DNA from: Octopus sinensis
Taxonomy: Eukaryota
Assembly (NCBI RefSeq): GCF_006345805.1
Contig: NW_021833893.1
Coordinates: forward strand, 186,001-250,000
Reading direction: 5' to 3'
DNA: 64,000 bases
The notes under the pieces are model-generated. The model did no database searches, was not told the DNA's origin, and saw only the letters and a program-made list of their open reading frames with translations. This document shows, one piece after another, positions 11,429 to 23,547 of the stretch. Positions within the stretch are counted from its first letter, which is position 1, and the number at the start of each line of letters is the position of its first letter. A program made the translations under genes and the position numbers.

Positions 11429-13100
11429 TTTGGGGCTTTGTAAGGCTATTGGTAGGTTTGAATGTATGGTTTAGAAGATGTTGGTAACTCCAGGGTTGTG
11501 TGTGTTTATAAAAGGGATAATGTTTTCTTTGTTTTTTTGTTTTGGGTGTCCTGAGTTGTGCGATGTCTAGTTTTAATGATCTTGTGATTCCATTTTCTAT
11601 TAGTTTAAGGGGGTATTTTTGCTCTAGGAGGAAGTTTTTGAGTTCATCTAGTCTTATTAGTCGTATTTGTGAATCAGTTACTATGCTACATATTCGTCTT
11701 GCCATACTATATGGGATGTTTCTTTTTGTGTGGGATGGGTGGCAGGAGTGGAAATTTAAGTATTGGTGTGTGTCAGTTTTTTTGTAGTGGATGTCTGTTG
11801 TGACGATGGAGTTGTGTATTTCGATGTTGATGTCTAGGAAGGGAAGTTCGTTGTGGCTGATATCTATTGTGAAGTTGATAGATGGGTGCAGCGTATTGAG
11901 GATGTTGTGGAATGTTCGTAGGTCATCTTCTGATCTGTTCCAAAAGATGAAGCAGTCATCTAGGTAGCGTTTCCACTTTTTCTTGGTGTCTTCTCTGAAG
12001 TCGTGTTCGAAGACTTTCCCTATTTCATCATATAGTTTGTTCTCCAGGAAACCCATCACCAGGTTGGCATATGAAGGTGCGAATTTTGTACCCATAGCTG
12101 TGCCTTTTATCTGTCGGTATGTTTTGTTGTTGAATGAGAATGTATTTTCTTCGAGTATTTGTTGGGTGGCTTGGGTGATAAAGTTTGTCTTGAAGCGTTC
12201 GTCTATAAGTTCTCTGTATTTTTCTATTGATTGTTTTATAGCTTCTAGACCTAGGGTGTGTGGTATGTTTGTGTATAGATTTGTGACATCAAAGCTTGCA
12301 AGTATGGTGTTTTTCGGGACTGTATTTAGAATGTGTGTGAGGAAGTCTATGTCATCCTTTATGTAGCTTGGTATCTGTGGGCATAAAGGTTTGAGGAGTA
12401 CATCTATGAAGTGGCTTAGTTGTTGTGTTGGTGCCTGGGGTCCTGCCACTATTGGTCTCATTGTGAGGTCTGCAGGCCTTTGTATTCTTATATAGTGGTT
12501 CCTCTGTTCCTTTATGGCTCTCTGTATTTCAGAGCTTTTATGAACTTTAGGTAATCCATAAAAATTGCTTTCTTTGGTTCGTGAGTTGCATAGATAGTCT
12601 TTCTCCTTATTTGTAAAGGAGTCCTGGTATTCATTGACTAAAGTTCTAATTTTTTTTATTGTTGTTTTCTCCGGTGGTGTTGGTTCCTCTTTATAGTATG
12701 TCTGGTTGTTCAGTAACTCCAGTATCTTTTCTTTGTAGTAATCTGTATCCATAATTACTATTGCTCCACCTTTGTCAGCTTCTTTTATAATGATTGACTT
12801 GTCATTTTTCAGTTTTTGTAAGGCTTGTTTTTCTTCTCTGCGGAGATTCTGTTTGCAGTTGTGTGTGTGGAGAGGGAATTTGGATATTGTCTCTATGTAT
12901 GTGTCAAGGTGTTTGTCACTTCCCTTGTAAGGGGTGAAATGAGATTTTTTTCTTATGATTGAGTTATCTTCTGTTTCTTTATTTTCAAAGAATTCCATAA
13001 GGCGGAGGTGGCGGCTGAAGTTGTCTATATCAGTTTTTAGTTCTATGAGGTTTGGAGTGGGTGTAGGTGTAAATTTGAGGACTTTTAGTAGTAGGTTCAT
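11403..13100 (-). CDS. PLE reverse transcriptase (565-aa ORF; part of a frameshifted polyprotein)
   Basis: LKFTPTP, RPIVAG, LASFDVTNLYTNIP, YRQIKGTAMGTKFAPSYANL, WKRYLDDCF, YKKTDTHQYLNFHSCHP: characteristic PLE RT and thumb motifs. Confidence 0.92.
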   Translation of the reverse strand: MNLLLKVLKFTPTPTPNLIELKTDIDNFSRHLRLMEFFENKETEDNSIIRKKSHFTPYKGSDKHLDTYIETISKFPLHTHNCKQNLRREEKQALQKLKNDKSIIIKEADKGGAIVIMDTDYYKEKILELLNNQTYYKEEPTPPEKTTIKKIRTLVNEYQDSFTNKEKDYLCNSRTKESNFYGLPKVHKSSEIQRAIKEQRNHYIRIQRPADLTMRPIVAGPQAPTQQLSHFIDVLLKPLCPQIPSYIKDDIDFLTHILNTVPKNTILASFDVTNLYTNIPHTLGLEAIKQSIEKYRELIDERFKTNFITQATQQILEENTFSFNNKTYRQIKGTAMGTKFAPSYANLVMGFLENKLYDEIGKVFEHDFREDTKKKWKRYLDDCFIFWNRSEDDLRTFHNILNTLHPSINFTIDISHNELPFLDINIEIHNSIVTTDIHYKKTDTHQYLNFHSCHPSHTKRNIPYSMARRICSIVTDSQIRLIRLDELKNFLLEQKYPLKLIENGITRSLKLDIAQLRTPKTKKQRKHYPFYKHTQPWSYQHLLNHTFKPTNSLTKPQNEKHIKQI

Positions 13101-14114
13101 TTCATTTTCGTCAAGTTCTCTTTTAGATAAGTTTATTATTTTGGGATCTATGTGTTTTGTGAGTTCATCCGGAATTTTTGGTGTATTGGGTCTGGAGTAT
13201 GGTTGAAGTATCCTCTCCCTAAAAAATGGGTTGTGTTGTTACGTCTCCAAATTCCATTTTCAGTTCTTAGGCTTTCTTGTAGTAGGGGTGGTCTGTGTGG
13301 TCTGTATGTGTTGTTTTGTCTTTGGTAGTTGTTTTCTTCCCCTTTTCTGTGTTTGTTGAGCCAATATCTATTACTGGGGTTCAGGTTTCTTTGTGGTAAG
13401 GTGGATGGTTCGTGTATTGTGTTTGTATTGTATTGATAGTGGGAGTTGTTTTTATCCATCTTGTAAATTTGTGGGGTTGCATGTGGTTGGTGTTTGTGGT
13501 TTCGATTTCCTCGATGTTTGTTGTAGGTTATGTGTTGATTGTCACTTTAATTTTAACTTTCCTATGATATACAATTTTCAAGATGGTGTAATTTAGTTGT
13601 TCATTTTGAACCGATAAAAGTTTTTTTTTCAAATATTTCATGTATAAGTCTGTGTATATATATGTAGTGGTATAAATATCAACACAAATTTTTTTCCCCT
13701 TCCTCCCTTATTTTTCTTTTCCCTTTTCTCTTTATGTCTCTCTCCCCTTCTCCAAACACACAGACACACAACACACACACACACACACACGCACACATAC
13801 ACATACACACACACAAACACACACGGACACACATACACACACACAGACACACACACACACCTCCACAAAACGATCATAAAAAGTGGAAAGAGTTCTTAAA
13901 CCCCAAACGGCATTTGACCATCCTCAAAATGATAAAAGGAGGTGTAATTTATGGCCTGCCTACCCACCACCACACACTCAGTGACACTGAAGTGGTCAAA
14001 AGCTGAAATTCTTAGAACCCCCTTGGAGTCGGTGTTCTGTCCAGCAGATCAAAGGAAATCCTTCTTCTTCCCTCTCACTTCCCCTCTTTCTCTTTAGCCT
14101 CAGATACAAACGCG

Positions 14115-14187
<73 letters not shown>

Positions 14188-14699
14188 ATACATACATGTT
14201 CTCTCTCTCACTTTCTCCTCATCCACCTCACCCTCTTATGCTGTCTATAAAATGATTAAAATTCCCCACAAAGGAATTATTTTGATTTGAAAACCCCACT
14301 AGAATGGGAGAAAGCGCTAATGATCTAAGTGATATGATATATATGTAAAAAATGTTATATATAAATAAATATCTGTAAATATAAACCATCCGATCTTCTG
14401 ATTACCTCATTTCTTCTAATATATAATACCTGTACATCATCTCCAATCCTTCCAATATATATATATATATATACACACACATGTATATTCAAATATATAT
14501 TTCTATCTCTGTTTCTACCTCTCTCTATATCTGTCTGTCAATCAATCAATACAGATATTATTCTAGTTTCTGATAGAAATCGACATAAAACGGGAGCAGG
14601 GGAGGAAGAGAAGAAAGGAAAAGAGGTAAAATAAAGGAGGAAAAAGAAATAACGATATACACAGAAAGCGCCCAAACAAACATGTTCACGTAAACAGCG

Positions 14700-17520
14700 G
14701 TCAAAATACAACTACCAAAAGGCAGAAGAGAGGGAGGAACTGTTCAGTATGTAGTTGTTTCCATCATCTCCCTGTTTCCATCGTCGAGTCGGCCTGACAC
14801 GACGGGCCTTGAATGTGCTCTCAATGTGGAGGTGCAGAAGCTGCCCCTCCCTCTCAGCTGCCCTCAATTGAAACGGAATGCTTGCTTGACGCCCAACCCT
14901 AATTGGTCAACTTCGCCCGGCTCGGAAGACTTCGTGAGATAATTTCTTAAGATCCCGAAAACGGCTCGGATGCTAGTGTTTGATACCCTTGCATCCTCGA
15001 TCGAGAAAGCTCTGAAATCTAGTTGACTTAGTGATTTGGATCGACAGTTTTATTTTGTAGTGCTCGTTATTGGTCTTTCCAACACTGCCGCCAATCGGGG
15101 CAGCCTGTCGACAACGACCCAAGTCAGGGCTGACATCTTGTCTTTCGGACAGGCGCCTATACCTAGTGTGTCCAAACATGCTGCACTCCGCTTACTCTCC
15201 TGTCCGAAAGCTGTACCCTTAAAGTCGGCTCAAAGCGTCTACGTGACCAGGTAAACACCATAATTATCGAGGGCGATGTCTCATCGGCTGTCAGAGTAGC
15301 CGCCTCTGACGACACCGTCCTCTAGCCTAGCGAAGAAATCCTGGCTGCCCTCCGATTTAAACATCCTGAGTCACTTGCAGATCACAAACCCATACCCCAA
15401 CCGACTTCCAGCCACCATTCGTGACCTCCGAGAAAGACAGTCTCTCTTCTTTGAGGTCTTTCTTTGTCAATAGTAGCGGAGGCATCGGTGGTCTCCGACT
15501 CGGTTACATCAGAGACTAGCTGCCCCCATACACTGCCGAAGCCGGACGCCGCCTGCTGAGCGCAATTACGGCTTTCTTCAACAGATTTATTTACGGTGCT
15601 CTGGATCCTTTCCCCGAGGCGTCTTCTTTTCAGCTCGCCTAATCGCTCTCAAGAAGAAGGACAGGGCATACGACTCATCGCAGAGGGTAATGTTTTCTGG
15701 AGATACGCGGCCGAAGTCATCTGCAGTACTGTCGCATCCGAACTCAGCCAGTTACATACAGTTGGCGGTTGGTGTAGCCAGCTGCCCATGCCGCTAGACA
15801 GTTTTTCAGTGACTGTCCTCTTGAGCCGACATCGAGCGACTCCAAACGTCACATTGCCAAACTTGATATGAAAAACGCTTTCAACTGTCAGCGCCGTAAC
15901 CACTTGCTCTAGGCTTGCCTCAGCCTCACTCTGTTTTCTTACACACTGGCTTATCTGTCGTACGGGGCCAAGAGCACGCTCCCTGCGCAGATAAGGTCAT
16001 ACCATCTTTGATTGGTGTTCAACAGGGCGATCCATTGGACCCTCTCTTCTTCGCTCTCGAAGTGGTCAGCATTGCTCGGAGCATCACGGTTTCTTTCAAC
16101 ATCTGGTACCTTGACGATGCAACGATAGATGGGCCAGTAGAGAGTGTCTGTCACGATCACCGATCAGTGGTTCCCGCTCTAGCTCCCGTCCAAGTCGGAG
16201 GTTGTTAACGTCAATTACGACGCATAGGGCTTTGCGGCCTGTCTCGGACGTCCGATCACTACTTTACCAGGTACAGGTGACCTCGAAAGAGGTTGTCCTT
16301 ATCTTCGGGTCACCGATCCTCTCGCTTGCCATTCGCTCCACCCTCAGGTCTAAGCTTCTCCAGCTGGAAAGAGTGATGGACGGACTACATGTAGTTGACA
16401 CACACCCAGCACTGTTCCTATTAAAGAATTGCTTCACCACTGCAAAGCTATTGCAACCCTCTGCAGTGCTCCTTGCTACAGTCACGTATCTATGTCTTCT
16501 CATAGATCTCGAGGAGATATGCAACGTTCGGTTCAGGGACACTGGATGGCAACAGGCCACCTTACTCATCAAATATGGCGGCCTCGACCTTCGATCTTCG
16601 GTCTCACTGGCACTACTGGATTTTCTCTCGTCAGTAACCGCCTGCCGTGTCCACACAACTGAACCAACCGTGATGGGGGAACGTGAGGCGGCCTACACGA
16701 CACGGAGCCAGCTCGGCCTGCCCCCTGCTGACGTCCATCATCATCTCCCCTCTGTGGACGTCTGGTCTTCTTAAAAGGAATGGGATGCTATCCAGTGTAG
16801 CATGACCACGGACTAGTTAGTACGCCGACTTGACCAGCACTATCTGGCATGTTTCTGCTCAGCCTCTGAACCACACAACAGAGCTTAGTTCAATGATGTA
16901 CATCACCCGCAACTGGCACTCAGCTTGATAGCAACTGCCTGCGTATCGGCGTTTTCCTGCGACTTGGCCTCGTTTGCCTCATGAATGCCGCAGTGGATCC
17001 ACTGTGGATTCTTTCGGTTTCCACCCATTCGTGCCGTCATAGTGCTGGTCGCCTTTCATACCATGTCACATTTAACAAGATCATAAATCACAGCGTAGAC
17101 CCCACCGGCGTCCCTTCCCAGCTCGAGCTAGCGCTAAAAGGCCAGACAGTATAACAATGTTCCCATTCCGTGGCATCAGGACCCTCATCTAGAATACCAC
17201 ATGCTGTGACACTTTCTCCAGTGGCAACTTAGTGTGGTCAGCTACAAGGCCAGGCTCCGCTGCTCCTCTGTTGAGAAAGCAAACAGTTGAGGTAACGGTC
17301 ACCTGTGGGAGTGGACATCTTCGGTGTTCATGACCCCTCCCCACCATATAAGACTATATTCCTGCACACTGCTATCGGAGCGGAGATGACTGTCTGCAAG
17401 TGCGATCTCTGTGAGTCAGAGTGGCTGTTCCAGAGCATCACCCTCGCTAACCTCCGAGGCAATGCATTTTGCATTTTGTCCACTGGTACCATAAGAAATG
17501 TTTCTTAATAAAGATATACA
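14700..17520 (+). mobile_element. CRE-clade non-LTR retrotransposon (RT + restriction-like endonuclease), defective
   Basis: SAVRVAASDDTV, ALRFKHP, KKDRGIRLIAEGNVF, KLDMKNAFN, GVQQGDPLDPLFF, WYLDDATI, KYGGLDLRS, LRLGL, RPDSITMFP, ESEWLFQSITLANLRGNAFCIL. Many stops and frameshifts. Confidence 0.85.
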
Positions 17521-17718
17521 AACACGTAAAAGAAAATTTTATTTAGCACACTACAAAAAAGCTTTTTTTCTTTTCAAATATTCTGAGACTCATGTTTCTG
17601 ACAGTCTAACCTATCCTTGCATGAATAACAGAGGCAGTGGCATACAGGTACAAGAGTGGAATGTCGGATCTAAATAACGAATCTGGGATATCTGTTAAGT
17701 ATAACTCCATTGAGGCAA

Positions 17719-17819
<101 letters not shown>

Positions 17820-18132
17820 GCGTGTGAGTACGTGTGAGTGTGTGTAGATAAATGAAAATAGATATATTCACAGATAAATAGATACGCTACATCTGGTCAG
17901 TGTCCGTCAATAACTTCACACTTTAAACAACTAACTTGGGTCTTCAGAAGTGGTTTTGAAGTGAGGGAAGAAAAAAAAAAACTATTTTCTTTCTTTGATC
18001 TTTCATATTGTCGCTCACTCCCATTCTATTACTCGCTACTTTTCAGTCTTGTGTTTTCTGTCTTTCTTCAAACTTATCCATACCAGCTCCTAATAACCAC
18101 TGGATGGTTTTTTAATATACATAGAAATTTCA

Positions 18133-18208
<76 letters not shown>

Positions 18209-18308
18209 GTCTTTTTATCCGTCTGTCTGTCTGTCTGTCTGTGTCTATACAGACATACACACAGACAGACAGACAGACACATATATATATACATATATAC
18301 ATACATTC

Positions 18309-18341
<33 letters not shown>

Positions 18342-18344
18342 ATA

Positions 18345-18460
18345 TACCGTGATGGTGTCGGCTCTTCTGGTGACGTCGATAGTCGCCTGGGGCTAAATGC
18401 ATCAGTAACACCCCCACCACCCCGCCCTGTCCCTAGCCACATTCAGATGGCTGATCCCGC
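18345..18460. repeat. Diverged relic of one fold-back arm
   Basis: GACGTCGAT...CCTGGGGCTAAA..CATCAGTAACACCC...CTAGCCACATTCAGATGGCT matches 5655-5725. Lies between (TA)n tracts. Confidence 0.7.
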
Positions 18461-18484
18461 TTATATATATATATATATATAAAC

Positions 18485-18721
18485 TCTTTTATTCTTTTAC
18501 TCTTTTACTCTTTTACTTGTTTCAGTCATTTGACTGCGGCCATGCTGGAGCACCGCCTTTAATCGAGCAACTCGACCCCGGAACTTATTCTTTTGTAAGC
18601 CCAGTACTTATTCTATCGGTCTCTTTTGCCGAACCGCTAGGTAACGGGGACATAAACACACCAGCGTCGGTTGTCAAGCAATGCTAGGGGGAATAACACA
18701 GACGCACAAACACACACACGC

Positions 18722-18754
<33 letters not shown>

Positions 18755-18920
18755 ACATATATACGACGGGCTTCTTTCAGTTTCCGTCTACCAAATCCAC
18801 TCACAAGGCTTTGGTCTGTCCGCGGCTATAGTAGAAGACACTTGCCCAAGGTACCACGCAGTAGGACTGAACCCAGAAGCATGTGGTTGGTAAACAAGCT
18901 ACTTACCACACAGCCACTCC
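18485..18920 (-). mobile_element. tRNA-derived SINE, family A (octopus-type, internal microsatellite)
   Basis: A-box/B-box-like head (TGGCTGTGTGGTAAG...GGGTTCAGTCC), conserved CCTTGTGAGTGGATTTGGTAGACGGAAACTGAAAGAAGC body, tail CAGCATGGCCGCAGTCAAATGACTGAAACAAGTAAAAG. Confidence 0.9.
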
Positions 18921-18937
18921 TATATATATATATATAT

Positions 18938-19236
18938 CAGGCCGACCAATGCCTTGTGAGTGAATTTGGTAGACGGAAACTGAAAGAAGCCTGTCGTATA
19001 TATTTGTATATATGTATGTGTGTTTGTGTGTCTGTGTTTGTCCCCCTAGCATTGCTTGACAACCGATGCTGGTGTGTTTACGTCCCCGTCACTTAGCGGT
19101 TCGGCAAAAGAGACCGATAGAATAAGTACTGGGCTTACAAAGAATAAGTCACGGGGTCGATTTGCTCGACTAAAGGCGGTGTTCCAGCATGGCCGCAGTC
19201 AAATGACTGAAACAAGTAAAAGATAAAAGATAAAGA
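18938..19236 (+). mobile_element. SINE family A, 5'-truncated
   Basis: Same body and tail as 18485-18920, in opposite orientation. Confidence 0.9.
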
Positions 19237-19999
19237 TATATGCTAAACCTTTCCGCCTGTTGCATTCAGGACCTAAGGTCATGTTTCCTCGCGCTCGCCA
19301 GTTACCTTTTCGTCCCAGCCAGAACAAAGGCATTCGTTCGTTTTTTTCGTTTGTTCTCTTGTTTATTTTTGATTTCTCGTATTGTAATTTAATTCTCGTT
19401 ATGTATTTTCTTGTACATGTATCTTTAATTTTGTATTATTTTTTTCTTGTATGTTTTTTTGTGCAGTTCTTTGTTACGTCCCTTTTTGTGTTACATTTTT
19501 TCTTGCTCGTTTACCCCTCTACGAGTTTATTTTATTTTAATTCTCTCGTAGGAAGGCTTAGCTTGAGCTTACGTGTTCTGTCTCTGCCTTCGAAACACGT
19601 GTCTGCTAGCGACAGCTGATGAAGGGGATTTTTCCTTGTGCAGAATGTCCCGTACTTCGTTTTTCTGCTGCACTTAATTGTTTTTCCCGTTTTCGTTTTC
19701 GTTTCGTCTTGTTCCACGTCTCTGTCCTTCTGTTGTAACAAAATGTCTTTTCCGTTTTCGTTCTGTTGATTTTTTCGTCTTCCTGTGATGTCCTGTACGT
19801 ATATATATATTTATATATGCATGTATATATACATGTAGATGTCGGTACGTACATATATGTTTGTATGTATGCATATATTTTATTTATTACACTATATATA
19901 TATATATACATACATATATATATGCATGCATGCATGCATGCATGCATACATACATACATACATACATACATACATACATACATACATACATACATACAT

Positions 20000-20368
20000 A
20001 GTGGCTGTGTGGTAAGTAGCTTGCTAACCAACCACACGGTTGCGGGTTCAGTCCCACTGCGTGGCATCTTGGGCAAGTGTCTTCTACTATAGCCCCGGGC
20101 CGACCAATGCCTTGTGAGTGGATTTGGTAGACGGAAACTGAAAGAAGCCTGTCGTATATATGTATATATATGTATATGTGTGTGTTTGTGTGTCTGTGTT
20201 TGTGTTTGTCCCCCTAGCATTGCTTGACAACCGATGCTGGTGTGTTTACGTCCCCGTCACTTAGCGGTTCGGCAAAAAGAGACCGATAGAATAAGTACTA
20301 AAAGGTGGTGCTCCAGCATGGCCGCAGTCAAATGACTGAAACAAGTAAAAGAGAGTAAAAGAGAGTAA
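20000..20368 (+). mobile_element. SINE family A
   Basis: Head, body and tail present, with a deletion in the tail. Confidence 0.9.
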
Positions 20369-20855
20369 TACATACATACATACATACATACATACATTAC
20401 ATACATACATACATACATACATATAGAATATGTGTATATCGGTGTGAGTCTGCCAGCAACACAGAATTTGTAACCAAATGTGTGTAAGGAGTGGAATTTA
20501 TGAATGGAATTTTTTCCCGCCCAGATATCTGCTTGCTACGTAATCATCTGAGCTTTCACCTTCACATCACTGACTTTCTATTTTCAGTTGATGACCTCAA
20601 CTCCCTTTACAAACTTCCGCCAAAACAAAAATAAAATACATAAAAAAAAAAAGAAAGAAATGTCGTAGTTCGACATACTTAACAAATCTGTTTACCATTA
20701 ATGGTTGTGCTATTTGCTCTACCAATATAAATAAGCTTTTCCGGCAGTTCGTTTCTGTTTCATTTCAGTTAGTCACATTTTATTTGTCTGTACAGATTGC
20801 TGATTTGTTATTCCTGTTACAGTTGTTTATTAGATTTTTGTTTTGTTGTTTTTAG

Positions 20856-21017
20856 GAGGTTGTCGTGAAAGGGGGGGTGGATAATGACGACTGCGATATT
20901 TGCGACAACGATGATGACGACAGTGATGAGGACGTTAATGATAATGATATTTTTAGTTTTGGAAAGTCAGATAAAGTGACGTCAATGTACTTCATATATT
21001 ATCACCATTGTGATATG
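20856..21017 (+). other. Candidate internal exon (162 nt, open frame, Asp-rich)
   Basis: T-rich acceptor ttttgttgtttttAG, donor ATG|GTAAGC, phase 0-0, reads EVVVKGGVDNDDCDICDNDDDDSDED...HHCDM. No homologue recognised. Confidence 0.3.
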
Positions 21018-21987
21018 GTAAGCAGTCGATCAATCCAGAAACAGACTACCAAACAAATTTCGGTTAGTATTTTTTTCAAACAGCTGGACATCTGCATGTG
21101 ATTTCATCTCGCATCTGATATGATGGAATGTGATAGTGTGTAGGTTGTTTGCCTTGACCTAGTAACCAAAATGAATGCTCATAAAATTGCTATCATAAAG
21201 AGGAAATAAATTGTCGACCCTTGCTTTTCTGAGTTAAAGCAATTTGCTTTAAAATAATCTACTTAAAAACCTACAATTTATTAAATGCTTGCCGAATGAT
21301 ATACGTATTTTTAAACAAACGGGTAAAGAAGCCTGGCTGGCACCCCTCCCTTATACACACTCTCGCACACACGTATGTATTTACTGACGTGTATTTATAT
21401 TGTAGAAGATATGGCTGAAGGATTAAGAAGTTCGCTTCGCAGTCATGCGGTCTTGAGTGACATCTTGGGCACTAAGCTTCGAACAACAGTCTCTAATGGA
21501 TAGATGAAAACAGTGAATACCCAACGAAATGATTGTATATGTAATTCAAAGAGTCAACCTTGTCACGCATTGTTGCATTAATTCTTTATGAGAATTACAA
21601 TCGTTCAGGTGTCCATACAATATCTAGTCATTTGCATTAAGTCAGCAGTGTAGTTAACTCTACTAATAGAATTATCATCGCTGAAACCGATAAAGATCCT
21701 TTTACTATATCTTATGAATCTATGAAGTACAGTAAAGTGATAATTGACAGAACATATAGACAAGCAGGAAATCATAGAAACAATCAGCTATTTTATCCTA
21801 CAATGTCTCTTTAGCTACACGCAAAATACATCTCAAGTTTATTACAAAGGTTAAAGTTTAGATAGTTTAAATGTAAGTTGATGTGCTCGAGTTGCATCGC
21901 TATATTATGGGGAAAAAAATGTCGATTTAGAATCAGTCTTTTGCTTAAAAGAAATTCCTTACAATGTCAAGCATGACCTCATGGTTA

Positions 21988-22260
21988 TCTCTATATATAT
22001 ATAAAACTGAGAATGTGTGTGTGCGTGTCTGTCTGTCTCTGTGTTTCCCTAAAACTTGAGAACTACACAACCAATTTCATTCAAATTTTACACATGCCTT
22101 ACTTAGGGTCCATGTAGTTTCATGGGCAAAGAAAAATGTTCAACTTCTTGCCTAGGGCGAGCCCATAGCAATATCATATCTTCTCCTCTATTTCAGTATT
22201 ACGCGTTAAAAGTGAAACAAAACACTTCTCTATTTTATGTGAGATACTTTCACTTTAACA
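21988..22260 (+). mobile_element. Non-autonomous Helitron-like 5' end
   Basis: A|TC...TATATATATAAAACTGAGAATGTGTGTG...TCTGTCTGTC start typical of Helitron-N elements, followed by CAACCAATTTCATTCAAATTTTACAC. Confidence 0.5.
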
Positions 22261-22917
22261 ATAAAAATTAGAGATAATAATAACAATTGAATTATATGTG
22301 GTAAGTAATAATTAAAATCGAACTAAAGTATAATATAATCGTTAACATAACAAAAGTAAAAATAGCAATTGGTATAAAATTGCATCAATGACTTGAACTT
22401 GAATAAGTGGTTTCACATGAATGGGAATAAATTAAAAATAAAGTTAGCGTGCAGAAATGGAATAGTCCAGATGGAGGTGTGCACATAACGTTTACTACGG
22501 CTTTTACATTAGTTTATCTGCTAATTAGCTAGCATTAAGTATCTATATGAGGTTTGGCTGTATGTAATGTCTGTATTCTCGAACAGCCGCTTCTACTGAG
22601 TACTGATGTTGGTTTATTTCTTATACATAAAGGGCTATAGCTTCAACTGCGTACTGCTTTTTGATTCAACGTAAGGTTTGTTATTACTATTACTGTTTAA
22701 CTATTGTTATCACGTTTGTTGGCTCCTTGTAAGGGAAGCGTTGTTGTGTTGCATTTGTTAAATAATTGTAAACTGTAACCCTCCCCCTTTGGGAGAAGGA
22801 GCTTTGGTTATTGTTTAAAAATTGAATTGTGTCCCTGTTTGGGGAAATTGACAATATTTTCACCGTTTACACGGAAGCATTTTTGTTAGAATGCCTTCGA
22901 TAGAAGAAAGTCCAAAA

Positions 22918-23400
22918 ATGAATTTCGCTGCAGCCGTCGGCGGGCGCGAACTCATTGAAATTAAAATGGAAGAAATACAAACCTATTTCGGATTGATCCC
23001 CGACAAAGACGGTGAATCTAGGATAACACCACCAAATGAAATAAAAAATTAAATGAAAGAAAAGACTATTGTCTATAAAGTATACAATGTAGAGAAAAAA
23101 AAAGAGATTTGAACACCTGGAGGAAAGCACCATCTAAAAGTGTCTTGTGGCGACTATGAAAGACATCTAACCAGAGGCGGTAAATTCACCACAATAGAAG
23201 CAAGGTTCGAGTCAACGGAGTGTGCAAGGGAGTACTCGACTCGAACCTTGCAAAGTGGAAATATTTTATTTTTACCTTTATATCTGGGACGTAGGACGTC
23301 CCGGATAAAAATTAAAAATGTCCCCCCAGAAGTAGATGTAGGCTGAATTGTAGCCACACTTCTATACAAGAGGGAGGACAAGATACAATTGATCGAAATT
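22918..23400 (+). mobile_element. L1/Tx1-type ORF1 relic
   Basis: HLTRGGKFTTIEARFESTECAREYSTRTLQSGNILFLPLYLGRRTSRIKIKNVPPEV aligns by eye with HITRGNKFGTIEVRFGTEEARYNSVTTLRNNNIFLIPS...KMRVLNVPPEI at 40100-40410. Assignment to ORF1 is inferred. Confidence 0.55.
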
Positions 23401-23547
23401 GCAAGAGACGGGCTTACAATTCCAGTCTGTTATATATTTTGAGTATTGTTATCACTAGCGATATCAAGATATAACTTTGTATTTTGTATTTTATGTGTAG
23501 ATGTATATATATAGATGTACATGTAATATGTACACATATATACACGC

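Larger units (their letters stand above)
9620..14351 (-). mobile_element. Penelope-like retroelement (Neptune-like) with inverted pseudo-LTRs
   Basis: RT and GIY-YIG ORFs lie between inverted repeats ~9620-10384 and ~13541-14351. A Cys-containing linker (GRCGICS) sits between RT and endonuclease. Confidence 0.92.
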
